From a virus (lineage: Duplodnaviria; Caudoviricetes): DNA of 64,000 nucleotides. The stretch is taken from the IMG/VR virus record IMGVR_UViG_2703719088_000001, positions 1 to 64,000 of that record; one strand, 5' to 3'. The stretch's first letter is position 1; the number at the start of each line of letters is the position of its first letter. The position numbers were made by a program, and so were the translations under genes. Below the pieces are notes generated by a model. It saw only the letters and a program-made list of their open reading frames with translations. It searched no databases and had not been told where the DNA came from. This document shows, piece by piece, positions 48,656 to 55,852 of this stretch.

Positions 48656-49015
48656 ATGGAAAAATCAGAACTCAAACCTCGTTATATCGAGGGTAAGGGA
48701 ATCTTTATTCCCGTTATCAACAAAGTGCTGGCGATGAAAGATTCCTACAACGGCAAGTGTGTCACTTGGGAAGAGGCTGTCAAGGCTGGTGCTTTCAGTA
48801 AAGAGGATGCTTATATAATCATGTATTTCAAGGATGAGATTAACCGCCTTTTGAAAAAGAATGGCGGCGAACCCCTTGATGACGATTGGTACTGGACGAG
48901 TACGCAGTACAGTGCTGCCTACGCATGGTACTTGCTTACGTTCAATGGCAACATGACCACCACCTCTAAGCCGAACTACAACCGTGTGCGTGCCGTCTCC
49001 GCCTTAGAAATTTAA
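48656..49015 (+). CDS. C-type-lectin-fold (DUF1566-like) protein ending in a DGR-type variable repeat
   Basis: YWTSTQYSAAYAWYLLTFNGNMTTTSKPNYNRVRAVSAL C-terminus; NNC codon run; GC-rich IMH-like end and a downstream hairpin. Confidence 0.75.
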   Translation: MEKSELKPRYIEGKGIFIPVINKVLAMKDSYNGKCVTWEEAVKAGAFSKEDAYIIMYFKDEINRLLKKNGGEPLDDDWYWTSTQYSAAYAWYLLTFNGNMTTTSKPNYNRVRAVSALEI

Positions 49016-49123
49016 ACTTCTAACTTCTGCCTTGCCGTGTCAATGGCACGGCTGGATTTCAGGCCATTTTCGTTCTGTAACGAAGATGGTCTCTTTTGTT
49101 TAACCAATTAAATTCAATAAGTT

Positions 49124-49585
49124 ATGGAAATCAAAGACTTAATATTGATAGAAAGAAAAGCAGAGGAAATGCTTGAGAACGCACTAATGGAATATGTCTC
49201 TGAACACGGCTCTGTCTGCACCGACAATGAAGTGGAAGCGTTTGGTTTGGAAGAAGAAGGGTATGTAACTAAGGTGTTGAACTTCTACGACAATGGTGGT
49301 TGCTATTTCTTTGAGCCGGACAAACCCAATATGGACGGTTTGGACGATATGGACGAGGGAAACTACTATGACAAACTTTATGAAAACGTTGTTTATACCG
49401 CTTATCAATGTCTTTACATAGTAGTTGATGAGAATGGCATTGAACATCTGAAATATTATCGTTTCACAAATGGTGGCGTGACATTTGACGATGATCAGTC
49501 AGAGCCAGACCATGACGAAATAAAACAACTAAGCCTAATAGATATGCACTATCTGATTCATGCTATAATCCAAACCAAGTGGTAG
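49124..49585 (+). CDS. Highly acidic hypothetical protein
   Basis: Cassette leader plus 153-aa D/E-rich ORF. Confidence 0.7.
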   Translation: MEIKDLILIERKAEEMLENALMEYVSEHGSVCTDNEVEAFGLEEEGYVTKVLNFYDNGGCYFFEPDKPNMDGLDDMDEGNYYDKLYENVVYTAYQCLYIVVDENGIEHLKYYRFTNGGVTFDDDQSEPDHDEIKQLSLIDMHYLIHAIIQTKW

Positions 49586-49649
49586 CATATCTCAGCAAGC
49601 CGCCCAATAACAGCTTGCTGAACAAACTCTAACTCTAAACTTAATCATT

Positions 49650-49874
49650 ATGAAAAGAACCGCTTTTAAAATTGCATGTGATGCTATCAAAGAAAATGAA
49701 CCTATCGATCGTCATTGGTTGAGATTTATTCTTCATCGAAGTAAAAACGAGAAAGAATTGAGAGATTGGGCAAGAGGTTGCCTTGATATTACACTTGACG
49801 GAACTGAATCAAAGTCTCTTATAGGGAGGGCAACAACTGAATTTATCAGACAAGTAGTGAAACAATTAGTTTGA
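49650..49874 (+). CDS. Hypothetical early protein
   Basis: Cassette leader plus 74-aa ORF. Confidence 0.65.
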   Translation: MKRTAFKIACDAIKENEPIDRHWLRFILHRSKNEKELRDWARGCLDITLDGTESKSLIGRATTEFIRQVVKQLV

Positions 49875-49939
49875 ATCAAGTACAGCATGGCCTTGAAACC
49901 ATGCTGTACGCTTAATTTATAACCCATAAACTTTTTACT

Positions 49940-50122
49940 ATGACAGTGTATATAGCAACTGATTGGTTTGGAACAATGGTATTTGACACCAAACCTAAAT
50001 GGATTGACAATGAATGGTATGGACATAGAGCCAGATTTGTGGAAGAGATTCTTCCTGAAGGTTTTAAACAGAAGGAAGGAGAAATGGTTGAAGCAGAAAT
50101 AGTACTAACAATTAGAAAATAG
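49940..50122 (+). CDS. Hypothetical early protein
   Basis: Cassette leader plus 60-aa ORF. Confidence 0.65.
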   Translation: MTVYIATDWFGTMVFDTKPKWIDNEWYGHRARFVEEILPEGFKQKEGEMVEAEIVLTIRK

Positions 50123-50127
50123 ATGTT

Positions 50128-50340
50128 ATGATGACAGCTTTAAAACAGAACAAACTAAACGAAAAAGTCTCGATCACCTGCTACAGACAAGTAGAAGTTA
50201 TGACCAGAAGAGAAGCACTCGAAAAGTACTACGAAGGAATGTGCTGCTCGGAAGGAAGCGAACATGAGCGGTACGAGACAATTTTCTTCCAACTCATGCA
50301 AGGTCGCATGGAATGTTCAGACCAGGTTGATTTCAGATAA
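50128..50340 (+). CDS. Hypothetical protein (REALEKYYEGMCCSEGSE family)
   Basis: 70-aa ORF. Confidence 0.65.
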   Translation: MMTALKQNKLNEKVSITCYRQVEVMTRREALEKYYEGMCCSEGSEHERYETIFFQLMQGRMECSDQVDFR

Positions 50341-50378
50341 TAGAATGGCTTCCGGTATTTGCGTATCGGAGGCCAGCC

Positions 50379-50762
50379 ATGTCTAACTATAAATATCATA
50401 CTATGGGTAAGAAATGGAATGAAGATGTGCCTGTGGAGGCTGTTCTGAAGCAGGTGCTGATAGAAAACGGAAAGTTGAAAGCCGAGATTTGCGAACTGAA
50501 GGATACTCTTGCACGTAGAGATGCGGCAATCAAGGCTTTCAAGGAATGGCAGTCTAATATCTGTGAGCGCAGCTACAAATATTGGCTCAAAGAAGGACTT
50601 GATATGGTTCATAACCATCCAAACGCACAAGTCGTGGAATCTCTCCGTGGGCTCCTGGGAAACAACCGAGCATTAGACAAACGTATAAAGGAGATCGAAA
50701 GGCTCTATGGAAACCTTCTGAAGTGCGGAGACCGACTGATTAAATCACAGGAAACCGAATGA
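50379..50762 (+). CDS. Coiled-coil hypothetical protein
   Basis: 127-aa ORF after a hairpin. Confidence 0.65.
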   Translation: MSNYKYHTMGKKWNEDVPVEAVLKQVLIENGKLKAEICELKDTLARRDAAIKAFKEWQSNICERSYKYWLKEGLDMVHNHPNAQVVESLRGLLGNNRALDKRIKEIERLYGNLLKCGDRLIKSQETE

Positions 50763-50830
50763 TGTCTCCTTCATGTGTGGCATTGAAACCACACATGGTA
50801 CAATTGCTTAACCATTTAAATTAATTATTT

Positions 50831-50990
50831 ATGAAGCCACCTACCAGAGAATTGACGGATCTGCTACGCTATATGGTATCTCTCAGATGGGAGAGATGTC
50901 TGTCATATTAAGCAAGTAGCCTATTGCAAGGGTGCGAAGAAATTCGCATCTTTGCACACAATCGCTGTGAAGCGAGTTCTTTACTCATAA
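50831..50990 (+). pseudogene. Last cassette before the terminator, apparently frameshifted at a CT repeat
   Basis: MKPPTRELTDLLRYMVS continues in another frame as SDGRDVCHIKQ...VLYS*. Confidence 0.35.
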
Positions 50991-51001
50991 TTGTTAATAA
51001 G

Positions 51002-51037
51002 ACCCCTGTCCTTTTGCGAGGATGGGGGTTACTTTTT
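51002..51037 (+). terminator. Intrinsic terminator
   Basis: ACCCCTGTCCT-TTTGCG-AGGATGGGGGT followed by TACTTTTT. Confidence 0.75.
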
Positions 51038-51133
51038 GTATGTTATTTGCACTGATATAGTATTTTTATATTGTATAATATATTATCTATGTATAACTTT
51101 ACAGCCCTAACGCATCACGGATAAGCGTATAAT

Positions 51134-51802
51134 ATGTCAAAAAGAACATTATTCGTTCTGGCCAACTCGGTTTGGCGTGCGGACGATTTCCTGCACAGCG
51201 GGAACACCAATCCTCTTCGCACAGACCACTATCTCTTCGCTACCCGCGAGGAGGCGGAAAAGAAGGCGCAGCAGATGGAAGTGGATGATGACATCTACAA
51301 CGATGGTACTATCTTTGAAGGCGAGATCGAGGAAAGCGAAATCCTCGAACTGACAGGTTATGAGAAGATTGAGGATTTTGACGAGGCTATGGCCGAACCT
51401 TACTCCACTAAGCCGTATTATAAATGCTATGGAGAGGAAGAAAAGGGAAGTGTAGCCGATGCAATCATCGAAAATCATATTCATGAATATGATGCCAACT
51501 GCCCGAATTATGACTTCAACAAGTCTCTGGACGGAGCAGTCCTTATCTTCTGGTCATGGGAACGCTATGTTGGATATGCCCGTAAATGCATTGAGATACG
51601 TTATGCATACAGCAACGAAAAGGAAGATATCCTCACAAAGAGGGATCAGACGTTTGTCGCCCAATGTGATGTGCTGCTGACATCTGAAGAGGTTGCAGCC
51701 TCTGATAATATCAAGGAATCCATCCGCGAGGCTCTTGACAGCCGTGCTCATTGGAAATGGACAAATCCTAATTTTGTCGAATTCTTAATTGACAAGTTCT
51801 GA
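51134..51802 (+). CDS. Acidic hypothetical protein
   Basis: 222-aa ORF after an AT-rich promoter-like region. Confidence 0.7.
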   Translation: MSKRTLFVLANSVWRADDFLHSGNTNPLRTDHYLFATREEAEKKAQQMEVDDDIYNDGTIFEGEIEESEILELTGYEKIEDFDEAMAEPYSTKPYYKCYGEEEKGSVADAIIENHIHEYDANCPNYDFNKSLDGAVLIFWSWERYVGYARKCIEIRYAYSNEKEDILTKRDQTFVAQCDVLLTSEEVAASDNIKESIREALDSRAHWKWTNPNFVEFLIDKF

Positions 51803-52032
51803 TGAGTAGATTCATCCTGCAACCCAGTAAAAAGCCTGGCTGGTGGGTGTGCACCGACACAGTGAACAATATCGTCTGCCGTTTTGAAGAACACAACTTC
51901 AACGGCACGAAGGATATTACGCTGCTCAACGGCGATACTTTCAAGACGACGGAAGAAGCCTTGAGATACCCGACATACCTGCGCGAGATGGCTGACTGGC
52001 TCATAGAAAACCACTGCAAAAAAATTATCTGA
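51802..52032 (+). CDS. Hypothetical protein
   Basis: 76 aa, translationally coupled (TGATG). Confidence 0.7.
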   Translation: MSRFILQPSKKPGWWVCTDTVNNIVCRFEEHNFNGTKDITLLNGDTFKTTEEALRYPTYLREMADWLIENHCKKII

Positions 52033-52244
52033 TGTACACTATTATCAAAGACGTAAAACGTGAGTGTTGGAAAAGAAACCTAACACTCACCGATGTCGCA
52101 AACAAAATGGGCATGATCAGGAACAACTTCTACCTGTGTATCAAGAATCCAAGTATCAGGTTGTCAACCGTTCATGCTATTGCCGATGCTATCGGCTGCA
52201 ATATTGCAGACCTTTTTCAATCATACTACGATGACGAAGAGTGA
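52032..52244 (+). CDS. XRE-family HTH regulator
   Basis: LTLTDVANKMGM...NPSIRLSTVHAIADAIGCNIADLF is a classic XRE pattern. Confidence 0.85.
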   Translation: MYTIIKDVKRECWKRNLTLTDVANKMGMIRNNFYLCIKNPSIRLSTVHAIADAIGCNIADLFQSYYDDEE

Positions 52245-52476
52245 AGCCGCACAGATACCTATGATGGGCATCCATCCTGACGACTTGATAGAAGACTGCT
52301 TCTACCTCAAAATGGCAGAGGAGGGACGTATATCGAAAGAGCAGGGTAGAAAGGCTCTTGAAAGACTCAAGGGCAGGGAGAACGAGCCTCATTACGAAGG
52401 CGCAATGCTCGTTGCTGGCTATATGATTGAGAACCTTGATAAATACGGAGCACCTTGCATTGATTGGTGCGAATAA
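52231..52476 (+). CDS. Hypothetical protein
   Basis: MTKSEAAQ start overlaps the end of the HTH gene. Confidence 0.6.
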   Translation: MTKSEAAQIPMMGIHPDDLIEDCFYLKMAEEGRISKEQGRKALERLKGRENEPHYEGAMLVAGYMIENLDKYGAPCIDWCE

Positions 52477-52556
52477 CATTTAGCCTCCGATGTCATAACA
52501 AACAATGGAGGCGCAATCTAACCAGTATCCGGCAACGGATACACAAATAAGAAGAA

Positions 52557-52739
52557 ATGGAAAACGAGATTAAATGGCACAAAGCGAAAAAAGCTATCAG
52601 TTCAAAGAGTCCGCTGAAGGATATATTGGTGCTCCATGAGTACCCTACGCGCAAAAGAGTCACTCTGGAATATGATGTTGAACCTGGAAAGTATTATATC
52701 ACACTCGATGAGTTGATGCAACTCTCAAAGGAGAAATAG
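52557..52739 (+). CDS. Hypothetical protein
   Basis: 60-aa ORF after a GTATCCG-GCAA-CGGATAC hairpin. Confidence 0.6.
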   Translation: MENEIKWHKAKKAISSKSPLKDILVLHEYPTRKRVTLEYDVEPGKYYITLDELMQLSKEK

Positions 52740-52805
52740 AACATCAACTCCATCTATCGTTGCAAATAGTGGGGGTACGATTGTCTAACCCGTAATAAAA
52801 GTAAC

Positions 52806-53069
52806 ATGAAGACTTATCCACTACTCGCGTATGAAGAGAACACCTTGTTCGTATGGGGTTCTTTCAATGAAAAGACATTCAAAGGAATGCCTGATGTCAC
52901 AGAAGACATGACTATTGTCGTCCAGAATGCCTCGAATCCGTTTGTCATCATCTATAACACGTCCGGCCTTACAAAGCAGGAAAAAGATGATGTTGTCAAG
53001 CAACACTGCAGCATGATGGCCAACGGATGCAATTTCCGTCCGGAGCGACAACTCCGGCTTTTTTATTAG
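52806..53069 (+). CDS. Hypothetical protein
   Basis: Hairpin-GGTACGAT-GTCTAACCC leader plus 87-aa ORF. Confidence 0.65.
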   Translation: MKTYPLLAYEENTLFVWGSFNEKTFKGMPDVTEDMTIVVQNASNPFVIIYNTSGLTKQEKDDVVKQHCSMMANGCNFRPERQLRLFY

Positions 53070-53177
53070 TTTATGAGTCGAATCCCGGCAGGCTGTGAAG
53101 CCGCCCCCTTCTTTTTGTGCAGAAGGCTGCATGAGTAGTTAAATAATACTAACGGCAAGATTTTTTCTGCCGAAAGA

Positions 53178-53211
53178 TTTGGAGTAAATATAGCAAATAC
53201 ATTATATTTAC
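53178..53211 (+). promoter_or_regulatory. Promoter (TTTG-N21-TATATTTA) overlapped by a 9-bp inverted-repeat operator
   Basis: GTAAATATA (53184-53192), a 10-nt spacer, then TATATTTAC (53203-53211): a perfect inverted repeat. Confidence 0.65.
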
Positions 53212-53271
53212 ATTGTAAACAAAAACAACAACCAAGACACCGGCGGCAACGGGTAACAGCGGCAGAAGATT

Positions 53272-53805
53272 ATGACAACAAAGGACACCACCATCAAGTA
53301 CACCTCCAAGTCAGGTAAAGATGTTATTGTGACAGTACATCGCAAGTATGGTGCATACATTGAGCATCATCACGACTCAGAAAACGGCATCGACTACGAC
53401 ACCAACGAGTTTGCCAATGACCAGAGCATAACGGTTGAGGTTCCCGGCGTTTGCAGATTTGAGACCAAGTACCTGCCGGATATGAAGCACCCCAAAATCA
53501 ACATGTACTATCTGAACAATGGCAGTGTATGTGTAGCCGTGCCTGACGAGATAGCCGAGCAGATCTTTGAGGCTGAGCGCGAGAGATTGACCGAGGAACT
53601 GTCACCTTCCGTCGTTGCAAGCATCCAGGAAGCAAAGACCGCCATCCGCAATGGTCGTGTAATGCCAAAGGCTGAGCTGAGTAATAAGCGCAAGGAATAC
53701 AACGACATTTGCAATGAAGGCGCAGAGGGCTACAACCCCTTCGATGGCTACCTGACAACTGAGTATGTTGAGCGTTTGAAAGCGGAATATCCCGAAAAAT
53801 TTTAA
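53272..53805 (+). CDS. Hypothetical protein, anti-CRISPR or anti-defence candidate
   Basis: First gene of a two-gene operon whose second gene carries an HTH. The candidacy rests on guilt by association. Confidence 0.6.
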   Translation: MTTKDTTIKYTSKSGKDVIVTVHRKYGAYIEHHHDSENGIDYDTNEFANDQSITVEVPGVCRFETKYLPDMKHPKINMYYLNNGSVCVAVPDEIAEQIFEAERERLTEELSPSVVASIQEAKTAIRNGRVMPKAELSNKRKEYNDICNEGAEGYNPFDGYLTTEYVERLKAEYPEKF

Positions 53806-53817
53806 AAACTATAAACT

Positions 53818-54303
53818 ATGCCACTTGACAGAAATTGCAACGCGATACCATATATCGCAGGGCGGATGATCGCCATCACCGAGCACTATGCCCAAAAAAA
53901 ATTCGGCCCGAACACCCTCTCGACAATGTTCCAGCACCCGGCCGGCACAATAGGTGTGTTCCGCCGCTACATAGATAAGGATGACGAGTATTACCGGGAG
54001 GTGGGAGAGGTCGAATTGCCTATCACGACAGCAAACGAGGTGGCCAAAAGCCAGATGTGGGTAGGCTACTATCATCAGACGGCCGCTTATGACGAGAGCA
54101 GTGACGCTCGTTTGCGTATCGGCAAGCGGATAGCCGACCTACGCAAGTCGGCCGGAATGACACAGGAGCAGCTTGCGACCAAGGCGGGCATCCATCAGGT
54201 CAACCTATCACGCATAGAGGCCGGGAGGTACGCTGTAGGGCTGGATATCCTTGACCACATCGCCCAGGCTTTGGGCGGAAGAGTTGATATCATCACCGAT
54301 TAG
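53818..54303 (+). CDS. Cas11c-like (Cas8c/Csd1 C-terminal) domain fused to an XRE HTH
   Basis: MPLD...PYIAGRMIAITE and LPIT...MWVGYYHQ align with the type I-C Cas11 motifs MSLD...PYLLGRLFAVLE and FP..M...F.IGYYHQ. C-terminal IADLRKSAGMTQEQLATKAGIHQVNLSRIEAGR is an XRE HTH. Confidence 0.8.
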   Translation: MPLDRNCNAIPYIAGRMIAITEHYAQKKFGPNTLSTMFQHPAGTIGVFRRYIDKDDEYYREVGEVELPITTANEVAKSQMWVGYYHQTAAYDESSDARLRIGKRIADLRKSAGMTQEQLATKAGIHQVNLSRIEAGRYAVGLDILDHIAQALGGRVDIITD

Positions 54304-54420
54304 GTGTTGCTTTTATCAAGTAAAGTACGAAGTTGTCAAAAATGTAGGCAACGTGTACTTTCTCAATTGACCGACTGGGTGGAGATTGGCCTCTCCATCC
54401 ACTCCTTATCTCTAAATAAT

Positions 54421-55794
54421 ATGCCTATGGAAGATAACAAGAAAAGAATCAAAGAGATACTTTCTTCCTTCAATGTAAGGATAGAGAGTATCGAAGAGAA
54501 GGTGGGGCATTCGATTACATTGTACGAAGTCAAACCTTCACTGGGTGTGCGCATCTCCAAGATACGCAACCTGAAAGACGAGATAGCCATCGGTTTATCC
54601 GTCCCTGCTGTAAGAATTGTTGCTCCTCTGCCCAGCGGTCTCGTTGGTATTGAAGTGCCAAACAAGACCAGGCAGGTGATACCTATTTCGGATATCATCG
54701 AGTCTGAGGAATACATCGACTCGAAGGCAGAGTTGCCATGTGCTATCGGCAGGACAATCGCCAACGAGGTCTTTGTGCCGGATTTGGCCGACATGCCGCA
54801 TATGCTAATCGCCGGTGCCACAGGCCAAGGTAAATCAGTGTGCCTGAACACTATCCTTCTGTCTTTACTCGAAAGCAATTCACCAGAAGAGATGAAACTT
54901 GTCTTGGTCGATCCAAAGCAGGTTGAGATGTCTGCCTACGCATCGCTTCGTGACACGTATCTCGCTGCACCCGTTCTCACCGAAGCAGACAAGGCATATG
55001 CTATCCTATGTGATGTGGTGACGGAGATGGAGAGAAGGTATTCTATTTTGAACGAAAACGGGGTAAGGAATCTTGGTGAGTACAACATCCGCTATCCTGA
55101 CAGCCAGATGCCGTACATTGTTGTTGTCATAGATGAGTATGGAGACCTTGTCATGTCTGCCGGAAGAGAGTTCGAGAAGATTATCTGCCGCATAGCACAG
55201 AAAGCGAGAGCTGTCGGCATACATATGATTATCTCAACGCAGCGTCCGTCTGCGACAATCGTTACAGGTGACATCAAGGCCAACTTCCCGACACGTATGG
55301 CTTTCCGTACTGTCACAGGTGTTGACTCAAGGGTTATCCTTGACCAGACTGGCGCAGAAAAGCTGACAGGTAAGGGCGACTTCATCTACTACAGCGGTGC
55401 TGAACTGCTTAGAGGCCAGTGTGCCTTGACAACGATAGATGACATCAAAGACCTTGTTGCCCATATACATGAGCAGTATGCCGATTATGTGAATACCCCT
55501 ACATTGCAATGGGAGATAAGGGAAGAGTATCGAAGAACGCATCCGTCGTTGTTGCTGCAGATTGCTCAATACATTGCTGACTTTGATTATATCACGATGG
55601 ATATGATCGAAAAGAAGTTTGGGTTACGTAGTTCGTTTTCCTTGGAAAATACCTTGGAATTATCACGTGTCATCGCGTGTAAACGATATGACTACGATAA
55701 TTGGAAGACCGAAGATGGACATGTTGTCCTTGTTCACGACAAGAGCCTACTCCCTGAAATGGTAGCCCCATATGAGAATTTTTTGGTTGGGTGA
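54421..55794 (+). CDS. ftsK: FtsK/SpoIIIE DNA translocase (soluble motor plus diverged gamma-like tail)
   Basis: PHMLIAGATGQGKSVC Walker A, LVLVDPKQVE, YIVVVIDEY Walker B, IAQKARAVGIHMIISTQRPS and GAEKLTGKGD; no N-terminal transmembrane segment. Confidence 0.9.
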   Translation: MPMEDNKKRIKEILSSFNVRIESIEEKVGHSITLYEVKPSLGVRISKIRNLKDEIAIGLSVPAVRIVAPLPSGLVGIEVPNKTRQVIPISDIIESEEYIDSKAELPCAIGRTIANEVFVPDLADMPHMLIAGATGQGKSVCLNTILLSLLESNSPEEMKLVLVDPKQVEMSAYASLRDTYLAAPVLTEADKAYAILCDVVTEMERRYSILNENGVRNLGEYNIRYPDSQMPYIVVVIDEYGDLVMSAGREFEKIICRIAQKARAVGIHMIISTQRPSATIVTGDIKANFPTRMAFRTVTGVDSRVILDQTGAEKLTGKGDFIYYSGAELLRGQCALTTIDDIKDLVAHIHEQYADYVNTPTLQWEIREEYRRTHPSLLLQIAQYIADFDYITMDMIEKKFGLRSSFSLENTLELSRVIACKRYDYDNWKTEDGHVVLVHDKSLLPEMVAPYENFLVG

Positions 55795-55852
55795 TACCAT
55801 GCCGGGCAGAATCAGCCTTCTGCCCGGCAACCACTTATCTAATTTTAAAGCT

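Larger units (their letters stand above)
38440..53070 (+). repeat. Array of about 28 intergenic hairpin plus (A/G)GTAC(GAT) plus TTAACC/TTCACC-A-rich leader units
   Basis: Examples: 39033-39054, 39434-39466, 39825-39854, 40171-40202, 40517-40548, 41251-41282, 42446-42475, 42792-42824, 43065-43092, 43352-43381, 44248-44279, 44558-44587, 45132-45161, 45548-45577, 45957-45987, 47674-47701, 48279-48308, 48588-48620, 49880-49909, 50771-50798, 52747-52781. Confidence 0.85.

Noticed and set aside
51065-51095. dif-like site for the FtsK-recombinase pair
   Set aside because: The ATAA-TATA-TTAT core gives a 4-nt rather than 6-nt spacer, and the arms are AT-only; better explained as promoter or operator sequence.
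38440-53070. Classical integron attC array served by the tyrosine recombinase
   Set aside because: The RYYYAAC-like words lie 3' of the hairpins and match ordinary Bacteroidota translation leaders. No paired GTTRRRY or consistent extrahelical bases were seen, and I could not see an IntI-specific insertion in the recombinase.
38440-53070. Cassette hairpins as intrinsic terminators
   Set aside because: They lack the U-tract that is present at the real terminators (38013-38041, 51002-51037).
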